Of a DNA stretch of 64,000 bases, positions 53,478-64,000 are shown piece by piece; within the stretch, counting starts at the first letter, position 1; every line of letters begins with the position of its first letter. Position numbers and translations under genes: made by a program. Origin of the DNA: Octopus vulgaris (lineage: Eukaryota); contig OX597820.1 in assembly GCA_951406725.2 (NCBI GenBank), forward strand, positions 125,116,001-125,180,000. The letters run 5' to 3'. The notes beneath the pieces were generated by a model. That model searched no databases, was not told the DNA's origin, and saw only the letters and a program-made list of their open reading frames with translations.

Positions 53478-53696
53478 TTATTATTTTCAACTTTTGCCAC
53501 ATGGCCAGCAAATTTGGAGGCAGGTGTTAAGTCTATTACATCGACACCACTGTTCAACTGGCACCTATTTTATCCAACTCGAAAGGAGGAAAAGCAAAGA
53601 CGACCTCGAGGAAATTTGAATGCAGAAGGACCAGACGGACAAAATACCGTTAAGTTTTTTACTCGGCGTATTAACCATTCTGTAAAGCTCGTTGCC
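53478..53696 (-). mobile_element. SINE family B copy, diverged
   Basis: Contains ttacatcgacaccactgttcaactggcacctattttat...gacctcgaggaaatttgaa. Confidence 0.7.
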
Positions 53697-53719
53697 TTAA
53701 TAAACATGATAATAATAAA

Positions 53720-53720
<1 letters not shown>

Positions 53721-53767
<47 letters not shown>

Positions 53768-53810
53768 GCTAATACTACTACTAGTACTACTGCTATTATT
53801 ACTACTAATG

Positions 53811-53849
<39 letters not shown>

Positions 53850-53875
53850 ATAATAATAATAATAATAATAATAAT
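53721..53875. repeat. (CTA)n-(TAA)n microsatellite
   Basis: Directly visible. Confidence 0.95.
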
Positions 53876-53876
53876 A

Positions 53877-53986
53877 CATTGTTTACATTATTTACGTTTG
53901 ACGGATATTTGTCCTCATCTGGCTTGTTAACAAATTTCGGCTGATATACCCTCCAGGTTCTCACTCCTAAGGCATTTTTCGATGTA

Positions 53987-54071
<85 letters not shown>

Positions 54072-54150
54072 ATATTCATGTCACTGCTTGGCATCGAACT
54101 TGGAATATTTGGGTGAGTAGCTCGCGATTTTAACTTCTACGCCATATGCC
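53877..54150 (-). mobile_element. tRNA-derived SINE, family C, with an internal (TTA)/(TAG) tract
   Basis: Minus-strand head ggcatatggcgtagaagtt...aagttcgatgcc; tail gagggtatatcagccgaaa...gacaaatatccgtcaa. Confidence 0.7.
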
Positions 54151-54186
54151 TGATCCCAGACAGTGACCTGAATAATAATAATAACA

Positions 54187-54223
<37 letters not shown>

Positions 54224-54687
54224 GACGAAGAAGGACAAGAAGAATGATGATGTTGATGATGACGACGACATCGACGATTATGATGAGGGTAATGATGATG
54301 ATGATGATGGTGTGATGAGTAAGGAGGGATGGGGGAGGTCGTCGACGACATGGACGAAGTTGATGCCGAAAAATGTGATGATATATAATTTTTAATTAAA
54401 AGTAAACCTTATCAACTGATTAGATTATGAAATATTCAAAGATTGCGTAACGTTTATACAGAAGCTATAAAATTTATGATGAAACCCGGTGAGAAGATGA
54501 TGCCAAAATCTGCCGCTTTAAACTTAGTCGAACAATTTTGAATGGAAGAAGGAAAATTGTTTATGTATCATAACACATGACCGAATACGTAGCCATAACA
54601 CCATCTTCTCATTGAAAATGTTAGAGGTATTTTGGTTGTCATCAGTTTTCACACAGACATAGGTATGATATATATATATATATATAT

Positions 54688-54722
<35 letters not shown>

Positions 54723-54732
54723 CACACGCACA

Positions 54733-55858
54733 CACAGATATTTGCGGACAGATTATATTTATATACTAAGAGATAATAAATCCTCATAGCATTCAAAAAA
54801 TTCTATGAGGATAGAAATAGACATTCTTTTAATAATGTTATTCAATAAAGCCACCTTCAGCTTCAACAATTGCTTGTATATGAGATCTAAATCATCTTCA
54901 TGTTCGAATTAACTGGTCCTGGTTCATTTTGGACATTACTCCGATTATTGCTGTATTCAAAGAATCTTTGGTATTACGGTCGTGTTCACTGACCTCTCTC
55001 TCAAAAACGCTCTCCACGTAATAGTCCAATGGATTGAGATCTGGAGAATTAGGAGGCCAAATGTTAGGGGTTAGGTGACCCTGAAAATTTTCAGGTATCC
55101 TAGTTACTACAGTGATGTGTGATAGTGCAAATGCTTACTTAAACACATATTGCCTTTCAATGCATACACTTTCTATCTATGGCATAACAATTGTTTCCAG
55201 GACCTAAATGTAGGCGGCCTTGTGGAATGAAGTAAAGAGTCATCACATGTCCTTCATTGCTGACAACCCCTAAAACCATGACAGTTGCAGAACATTTTGT
55301 ATCCATAACACTTGGAACTTCGGAAGAGTCTACACATGATCATCTGTCATTTCATCTGTTAGCATTTTGAACTTGATCGAAGTTTCTCACGTTGGAGAAT
55401 AAACAAATCATATCTTCTGATGGATTTTTCAGTTTGTTTAAGAAACGTTTAAGTATCACGTAGTGATTTTTCTTTTTCTTACATCTGCCTTCGTGGACAA
55501 CATTGGAGATCTTTTGCAATTGATCTCATAGACTTTCTGGGTTTGTAATCAATGGTCTGTTGAAATTGCTGGATACATTCAAGTGTTCTAATGATTTCAG
55601 AGCGTTTTGAATGCGTTTTATGCTTTGATACTGGTGATACGTTTCTATCTTCAGTCTCTAACTCTTTACAAATTTTGTAGACGAGAGATCTGACAACTTT
55701 AAAAAATCGAGATATTTCTAAATCGCTCAACCTTTAGAACCACAATAACAGCATGAGTGAGATGATGGTCTGCCATTATCATTTTCTGAAACAAAGATTA
55801 CACAGAGTTAGCAAAAAATGCAGCTATGTCTTCAAAATTTATCCTCAAATACCCTGTA
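54733..55858 (-). mobile_element. maT (DD37D)-like transposon, same family as 4298-5207, both TIRs recognisable
   Basis: Peptides SDLEISRFFKVVRSLVYKICKELETE, ATVMVLGVVSNEGHVM and PNIWPPNSPDLNPLDYYVE. Termini tacagggtatttgagga and cacagatatttgcgga. Confidence 0.88.
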
Positions 55859-56034
55859 TATATTATGTGTGTGCTTGTGTGTGTGTGCGTGTGCATGTGT
55901 GTGTGCATGTATATATATTGAAGCAGAAACAAAGAGTGAGTGAAAGTCATACATAAATACATGCACACACAATTGCACACAAAAACACCCACTGACAGAT
56001 TTGTGTACGGCATATGTGTATATACATATGTATG

Positions 56035-56114
56035 CATCTCTATCTCTCTCTGTGTCTCTGTTTGTCTGTCTGTCCTTCTCTCATATTCTCTCTCACTCTC
56101 TCTCTCTTTCTCTT

Positions 56115-56207
<93 letters not shown>
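56035..56207. repeat. (CT)n-(TA)n microsatellite
   Basis: Directly visible. Confidence 0.95.
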
Positions 56208-56209
<2 letters not shown>

Positions 56210-57742
56210 CAAAATGAAACAAGAACGCAAAAGATCCGGACAACTAGGTGATAAAAAATTTAGGACAACAAAACATCCAGATAAACGATACAAAGAAAAA
56301 AGGCACGTGTCATATATATATTCAAATTACTGTGGAGAGTTAACGTTTTCCAGTTGAAATATGAATTTTTATTCATTGAATATAAATCGAACCGAAGATA
56401 ACCAACAGTGTAGCGCAGAATAATGGAAGAGTTGCCACAATATACCATAACAATCAATTTGTATGAGCAGTTCGCGCACCACAGTTTTTCTCAATTTTGA
56501 TAAATATGCTTAGAAATTCGATAGCTTATTATCTAGAACTTAACCGACCGTTTTATATTTCACATATATATCAGAATAATAACATAGATAACGCTATCTT
56601 TCACTAAAATGAATTTATGAAGGCTTCATTTACTTCGACAGTGAAAATCGTAAGATTAATACATAGATGAACTAATAGATGGACAGTTCATAAATATAGG
56701 TCAAGTGTTAATATTGCCAATCGTTATTCGGGAATGAAGTTTACAGATTGGTTAGGTCTTGATGAATAGTTTGAGTAATTATTCTATGCTATCACGATCA
56801 GGATTGAATGTGTCAATAACAAGATTATTAATTATTACAGATTATCAGTTTAGGTTGATGTGGACATCGGTCGGATGTAATTGTTCTGTTTATGTAAAAT
56901 ATTGCTTGTGCGCTAAGTACATTCAGAGCATTGCAAATATATAAAAACTGACACACACGATCACACACACACACACACACACAAACACATATATATTCGT
57001 ACAAAGTTGCAGCTTTATATGTACTTTCATATAATCGTGTGACAATCTCAGAGAGCTCATCGCGCAGGCTCAGTTAACAGGATATATTGCAATCCATAGA
57101 AACGAGTATAAGGCAGAATCCCATGAAGTTGAGATCCAGGAGATCAGAGGAATAAGTGTATTTCATAAGATGTATATAGATATCTAGATATAATTTGTTA
57201 TAGACAGGAATTATTATCACATGGTGAAGGCTGCGAAACGGCCATAGTCCTATGGATGGCAAGAGTTCACCTCTCATACCTCCTGAGAGTGGATTTCCGT
57301 TGATCGATATTGAGTATTTCGCTAGTTGGCGCACCTATTCACAGCTCAAGAAACCATGAATATATATGGACGAGGATTCCGCAGACACATCTGTATTTGG
57401 TTTCATTCTCAGGAGGATTTAGCGTAGCACAGCATGTGGCTTGTGCTTACAATTATTTTGTTAAAATTTTCCTATTCAGTTTCCATAAATTCATTTTGAC
57501 CTACGGAGGTCTTATCGAATCACTTTTACTCAGCACGAATTAGCTTCACCCGACGCTATACTAGTTAATGTGTCCAGCTGCTTCTACGCGATATAAACAA
57601 TATATGTATACTCACACATATACACAGACACACATACATGCACGCACAATCCGCTCCCTCTCTCTCTCCCTATATATATATAGATAGACAGATAGATAAC
57701 TATAGTTATACATACACGCACATATATACTTATGTATATATA

Positions 57743-57789
<47 letters not shown>

Positions 57790-57817
57790 TCATACATTTA
57801 TACACAAATATATGTAA

Positions 57818-57861
<44 letters not shown>

Positions 57862-59091
57862 AGAGAGAGAGAGAGATGTATGTATACAAAAATGTAAAAA
57901 TATTGAAAGTTTGTTTATCGTGTTTCAGGCCCAACATTAAATGATCGGAATGATATGAAATATTTGAGTCCTTATTAAACATCCCCTATCTCTTCCACAA
58001 TCGTGCGTTTAGTCTCCTTCCAGGAAGAGAAATCCTACTTAACTTCGATCAATATCAATGCCTTCCTACTTTTCGTTCCATTCAATATTTACCTCTGCTC
58101 TATACTCATACTATTTCGTTTAATTGATCAATGTTAATAAACATCAACTCGCAAATTCAGCATCCACGCTGTTTTCTCATTAATTCAATCGAACTCTTTA
58201 TGTGATTCTTAAAGAAAAATATTGCAGTGAAAAAAAGGAGAGAATAATCTTTACATTTCTGCGTTTGTCTTCGGCTTCGATTTATTGCAAGCGATATTGA
58301 TGATAGATTTAAAACGCTCCTTAATTACATTTCTGTCCTTATTCTATTATTATTACGGTTTATTTCCCTTATTATTAGTTTAATGTCCACAATGATGCTC
58401 TTGTTATTGAAGATGTTGCTCCTGTTGTTTTTATTCATTTCCATTCATAAGTGCATCGTCGTAGCAGGATTTAGAAAATGCACTGAATCTGCGTAGGAGA
58501 CTATTAGTTCAGTGACAAACACTGGAAAAAGGAAGACTGCTGTATTCAATTTCTGAATAATGCTGCTTAAAACGATGACGGGATAGTAATATTATTGTGT
58601 TGGACAAAATGCGTTGCAGCGTTTTATTACGTCTTTATTAAGTTTTGCATTCAAATCTTGCCGTGCTCAGCTTGGTTTTTCTTCTTGACATGCTCAATAA
58701 AATATAGAAACTATCCATCCTCGTGTCCATTGATAAATGATGATATATTATTTCCTAATGCGGCAAGATGTGAGGACTGACACATATAACACTTTGTATT
58801 TTCTTATATGGGAAATCAAAAAAATCGTGTTGAGTGATACCCTTCCAAACTTAACTCAGCCATAAATGAAATCATATCTTTTTTAAGCTGACTGGCAAAA
58901 CCGTTTATTCGTCGGACGAAAAGGTCAGCAGTTTTTTTTAAAGTCCCGAACTCAAATCCAGCCGGGATCAACATTGCCTCCCATCCTTACATGTTCGATA
59001 AAATAAAGTATCAAATACATATATTGATACAATCGACTTGCCTCTCCTCTCAAACGTTGCTGGTCAAAATTGAAATCCATTATCATTAGTA

Positions 59092-59290
59092 TTAGCTGAC
59101 AGAATCCTTAGCACGCCGGTCACAATGCTTAGAGGCATTTCATCCTTCTTTACTTTCTGAGATTAGATTCTGCTGAGGTAAACTTTGCTCTTCACATTTT
59201 TCGTGGTAGATGAAATAAGTACCAGTTACGCACTGGGTTCTATGTAATCCACTAGTCCCCTCCTCAAAATTTCAGGGCTTGTGCTTTTAG
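59092..59290 (+). mobile_element. SINE family B copy
   Basis: Contains cttagcacgccggtcacaatgcttagaggcatttc...aagtaccagttacgcactggg. Confidence 0.75.
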
Positions 59291-59572
59291 TAGAAAGGAT
59301 TGTTATTGTTGTAAATATCATTATTACAACAAGTATTTTTCATCAAGCACATGTCAAGGTGTACTTAGTGTTGCTTTTAATGGTAATTTTGAAATATACA
59401 GTTAGTTTTACGAACTCACATACAGTTTTCAAGAAGAGAAAGTTATTTTTGTTTTAGCTCATGCATCATATTGGAAGTCCAATTAATGACGTGCATGCGT
59501 GTATTTCATTTACATCATGAAAACATCAGATGTAATATTTCATCCTCTTGAATTGACCGATCAAGTGTTGTC

Positions 59573-61137
59573 CACTGAAATAAATATTTCAACATTTCAA
59601 ATTGTCCTGTCATAATAATCATCTCAAATTCAATATAAGTATAACCGTTTGCATCTATCTTCTAACTTGTTTTAAAATGTTAACAATGTTAAGACATTGT
59701 AGAAATTGTCCTGATGTGTTTTGTTATGTCTGTGAAAGCTCAAAAGGTACAATAACACCAGCGATCAAGAATTTTTTAAAGCTATACTGTGACTGTCCTC
59801 TTGGAGATCAGGACAAAATATGGGCACCACATTTTATCTGCTCAGCAGCTTGCTGATATGGCTTACGTGACTGGTTCATAAAAGAGAAGTCTATGTCTTT
59901 TGCCACTCCAGTGATATGGAGGGAGCCAAAAGACCGTTTTAACGACTATTATTTTTTAAAAATAAATGTCAAAGGATTTTTTATGAAGAATAGAAATAAA
60001 ATTATGTTTCCCAATTTGGATTCTGTAATGAGACTTGCGCCTCACAAGAGAAGTCTGCCAATTCCAGTTCCACCAGATGGTGGCATTGAATTAGTAGATG
60101 ATGATGTCACGATAGTGCTGCTGAGTAAGATTTCGTGGCTGATAACTATAGCTTTTAACCTCAGAAAATTTTCCAAGCTGAACTGAGTGACATTATCAGA
60201 GACCTATCCTTCTCAAAAGATAAATCAGAACTGTTGGCATCAAGGCTGAAGGGGAAGTGTCTGCTGGAGTACAGTGTTCGTATAACCTATTTTCGGCAGG
60301 GAAATGTGGTTCTATAAACGTGTTTTTCTGTTGAAGGCCCGCTATGCTTTTGCAGTAACATCGATGGACTTTTCAAATGTTTATCACAAAAGCATGATCC
60401 TACAGGGTGGCATAAGTTTATTGACTCTCCAAAACGAGGTTTAAAAGCTGTACTTTCACCATAACGGTAATTCGAAACCCTCCATACCTATTGCATACTC
60501 CGATCATCTTCATGAATCATATGAGAATATGGAACTTCTACTTCATGCCATTGGCTATAAAAGATACACATGGAAAATATGTGGTGATATACCAGTTATT
60601 GGAATGTTAATGGGAATGCAGTCAGGTTTCAGAAAATACTGTTGTTTCTTGTGTCTATGGCGTGTTAAAGCAAGTGACAGACATTATTCGGGATTAAACT
60701 GGCAGACAAGAACATTATACCAGGTAGGACAATCTATCGTCACGAATAGACCTATTGTAGATACATGTAATGTTCTATCACCTCATTTACACATAAAGCT
60801 TCGATTGATGAAACAGTTTGTAAAAGACACTAGAGAACAGAAATGCCAGACGTTTTTTGTATATTTCCAAACATCACACCGGACAAGTTGAAAATGGGTA
60901 TCTTTGCCGGACCCCAAATTAGAGAAGTACTTAAAAATGTTAACTTCAAGACGACACTGGATGAACTTGATCTAATTACCTGGTATACTTTCATTTGGAC
61001 ATGTAAGAATTTGGGGAGCAACAAGAAGATAATGTCCTACGAGGATGGCATCAAGATTCTTCTGAAATGTTACTTAGTAACTAGTTGTCGCATGTCACTG
61101 AAAGTTCCCTTCTTCGGTTCCCATCTGGATTTCTTCG
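59573..61137 (+). mobile_element. Chapaev3-like (CMC superfamily) DNA transposon, 3'-truncated pseudogene
   Basis: Starts with CACTG. Peptides from 59686: CRNCPDVFCYVCE, LGDQDKIWAPHFIC, IWREPKD, PIPVPP, FIDSPKR, WKICGD, MGMQSGFRKYCCFLCLW, LHIKL, GIFAGPQIRE, MSLK...SHLDFF. Frameshifts and stops present. Confidence 0.75.
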
Positions 61138-61383
61138 CTGTTGGGGTGATTGTGCCTATATTTTTGGCGGATTGGATATTGTACGGCATCAGTACGTTTT
61201 GTTATGGGGCTTTGTTAATGTCTTCGGCTGTATTACTTTTAAACTTGTGTGTCGCATGTGTAGCGCCGGTTGCTTTCTTCTTTCGGGTATCGGCTTTCTA
61301 TGGCACATGTGGATTTTGTTCATTTTGATTGGTAGTTAGAGTATGAATTTATTCTTGTATGATTTTTGAGGGGTGTTGCATAG

Positions 61384-61428
<45 letters not shown>

Positions 61429-62529
61429 CATCCTAAATCGTATATATTATAGTCGTTCTCTTGCTTGATTTTCTCATGGGTTCCGTTTATTGTTATTATT
61501 ATTAATATTATTATAATTATTATTATTATCACTTATTACTTTCTTTCAATTACGTTGCCTTCCTGACAACCATGGTGGAGACACGTATTGTATACATTTG
61601 AAGGTCATTAAAATAACCACACCAGATTGTTCCTTTACAAAGTCCCGTGATAGAAAAAAAGAGGAAGAATGTAAGAGAGAAAAGGAAAAAAATATGAAAT
61701 ATAAAAGTAAACAAAGAAAATAAAGGTCAAAAAGGAAAGAAAATTCACTGCGACATCACTCTTCTCAATACGTGTGACGTATCAGTTAATCCAATCTTTT
61801 GCGATTCCTGCATGATTGGTAATCCATTCTTCTTTTTAGTCTATTTGATCCGTTCGGCTTCTTTGGTGGCAGTAGTTTCATGTTCTTCATTTAATTCTTA
61901 TTATCATCATCATTACCATCATGAACACTATCATTATTTTTATCATTATCATTATTATTATACGGCTTTTCCTTCTTTCAATAAAACGGACCAAACATGT
62001 GGCTGCGGATCGAGCGGAAGCCTTTCAGCATTTCTTCGGGCTCTACGTGTTCCCAACTGTAATTCTCTCCATAGCTTACTTGGGTGATAGGCTTAACCCG
62101 ATGACCAATTTAACACCACCACCTGGCACCTCGAATGCCGATGTTTTTAGCTGAGACCGCTTCAATGCAAGCATTCGAGCCACGTTTCCGATTTGATGAT
62201 ATATTTCTATCCTTACCCCGCTGCCGCAGAAGATCTATCACGAAGGATATGTTCTGTTTTCCATTCCGAATGAAATATATTTTTAAATTTTGTATTCGCT
62301 TATTTTATGATATCTGATTTCTTCCGTATGATATAATCTCCTTTATTCAGCATAGAATTAAGTGTTGATGGAAATGATTATCGTCAGTTTAATCTACGTT
62401 TGTATCCAACCGAGACAGCTATCATCTCCTCTCTACTACTTAGAGAACTTCCAAATAATTTGACATAAATAATTGTTTTTGATTTTCTGATGACAATCTC
62501 GATATGACTCTAATGACACAAAGCAATGT

Positions 62530-62790
62530 TATATGGCCAAGTGGTTAACGTCTTGGTCCCAGATCACAAGAAGTTCGATTCTATTCTGGAGCAATGTTCT
62601 TCACTTGACGTTCTTTTGTAGTGCTGAGCTATATTTTGGCCCCAACCTAGTTGTGATGTATCCATCACTCCTGATGTCACAGCCTCGATGTTCCGCCAGG
62701 TAGAAAATGAATCGGATGGATAGTTACCCTTCTAAGCTGAATAAAACATTTGCGAAAATATATAACAGTTTAGCAACCCATACTTGGTTA
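62530..62790 (+). mobile_element. Highly decayed tRNA-derived SINE
   Basis: A/B-box-like tggccaagtggttaacg...aagttcgattc without a tRNA cloverleaf. Confidence 0.45.
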
Positions 62791-62985
62791 GTGAGTGACA
62801 GCTAGCAGTTCCAATGCGGATTATGACTATATAGTGGTACCGATTCCACAAAAAACATTTGATTTGCAATTTTGATAAATCTCTCCAGAGGATCGCTGAC
62901 CCATAGTGTTTGATTTAGCAGATGTAGTGGACTCTGAGGAAGGCCAAAAAGTGTGTGCAAAATGATATATATGTATATATGTATA

Positions 62986-63021
<36 letters not shown>

Positions 63022-63028
<7 letters not shown>

Positions 63029-63049
63029 AAAACATTTGTATCTACATAA

Positions 63050-63091
<42 letters not shown>

Positions 63092-63112
63092 AAACATTTG
63101 TATCTACATAAG

Positions 63113-63113
<1 letters not shown>
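63022..63113. repeat. Two copies of a ~29-bp unit separated by (TA)n
   Basis: taatataaaa(a)catttgtatctacataagc occurs twice. Confidence 0.9.
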
Positions 63114-63177
<64 letters not shown>

Positions 63178-64000
63178 ACGTCTATATGATGTAGTCTCAG
63201 AGTCAGGGGCTATGTATTTAATTGCTCTTAGCAAAACATTAATTGATTTAAACTCCTGCTGTGTTTAGTCTGAAGGAAATCTTAATATAGATGCTGAAAT
63301 TATTATGCGTTAATAGCTTTCAATTTCGTTCTGTCTGATTTTATTCTTCACACTATTTGATTTGTTATTTTGAAAGTTGTTTTTAATATTCAGTGACCAT
63401 CTTTCATATAATAGGCCAAAAACACTATGTGATAGTGGTCGGTCATAACTTATAATGATGTGGATGCATTTCTTCAAATTTAAAGTGTGTTAGAAAAGCG
63501 TGGTCAGTAGATTTTAGATGTATGCAAAAGTGAGAATACGTTTTAGAATAGAGTTCACGAGTAATAAAGTCTTGGGTGACGACGGATAGACAGGCTGACG
63601 TCTCAGAATTTTGTAGATTTGGAAGGCAGTTTAAGGTTTAACATAATTATAAATATTTGTAACAGTCAGAGTGGTGGTTGTAAACAAGACAATTTTTTAT
63701 TAATGATAACGGTTATAGCTAATGAGAGATATTTTATCTCTCAGTAGAAAATATTTTGCGGCTTCAGTTGAGTACGCTTGAAATTGTAGAAATCGCAATA
63801 TCTCCAGTGGAATATTTCGAACAAAATTTTGATTATATTACTAAGGAGAATGTGAGACACTCAATAGCAATAATGTTTGAACATGTTTTTTGTAAATTTC
63901 AATGTGCAATGCAATTTTTCACTTAAATGATAACTTTTTAACTTTTTAAAGCTCTCTTATATCTAGTGGACAGGTGTTTGCATTATGAAATTTAAGGAGT

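Noticed and set aside
62530-62600. tRNA gene (also the tRNA-like heads at 1745, 6829, 32130, 41633 and 54150)
   Set aside because: A/B boxes are present, but no full cloverleaf or poly-T terminator; they continue into SINE bodies.

Overview
AT-rich, microsatellite-dense animal DNA. The SINE, Penelope and R4/Dong-like repeats point to an octopus/coleoid cephalopod genome (inference). The whole window appears to lie inside one + strand gene, a GABA-B receptor subunit 2-like class C GPCR. Three phase-0 coding exons of its Venus flytrap domain are present (10171-10236, 45361-45546, 50243-50449), separated by introns of 35,124 bp and 4,696 bp. The flanking exons were not found and probably lie outside the window. 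The rest is intron filled with decayed mobile elements: tRNA-derived SINEs of at least four families, Penelope-like (PLE) fragments, R4/Dong-like LINE fragments, mariner and maT transposons, and a Chapaev3-like transposon. Nearly all other ORFs in the supplied track are microsatellite or transposon artefacts. The most notable observations are: (1) a hammerhead ribozyme with a fully intact core at 9505-9595 (-), inside an ~800-bp retrozyme-like element bounded by 200-bp direct repeats; (2) three further hammerhead variants; (3) fold-back hairpins at retroelement ends; (4) a repeated element embedded in TAA repeats next to the Dong-like LINE; (5) a polybasic, furin-consensus loop in the receptor ectodomain. 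All family assignments come from motif recognition by eye, without database searches. Repeat boundaries are approximate.
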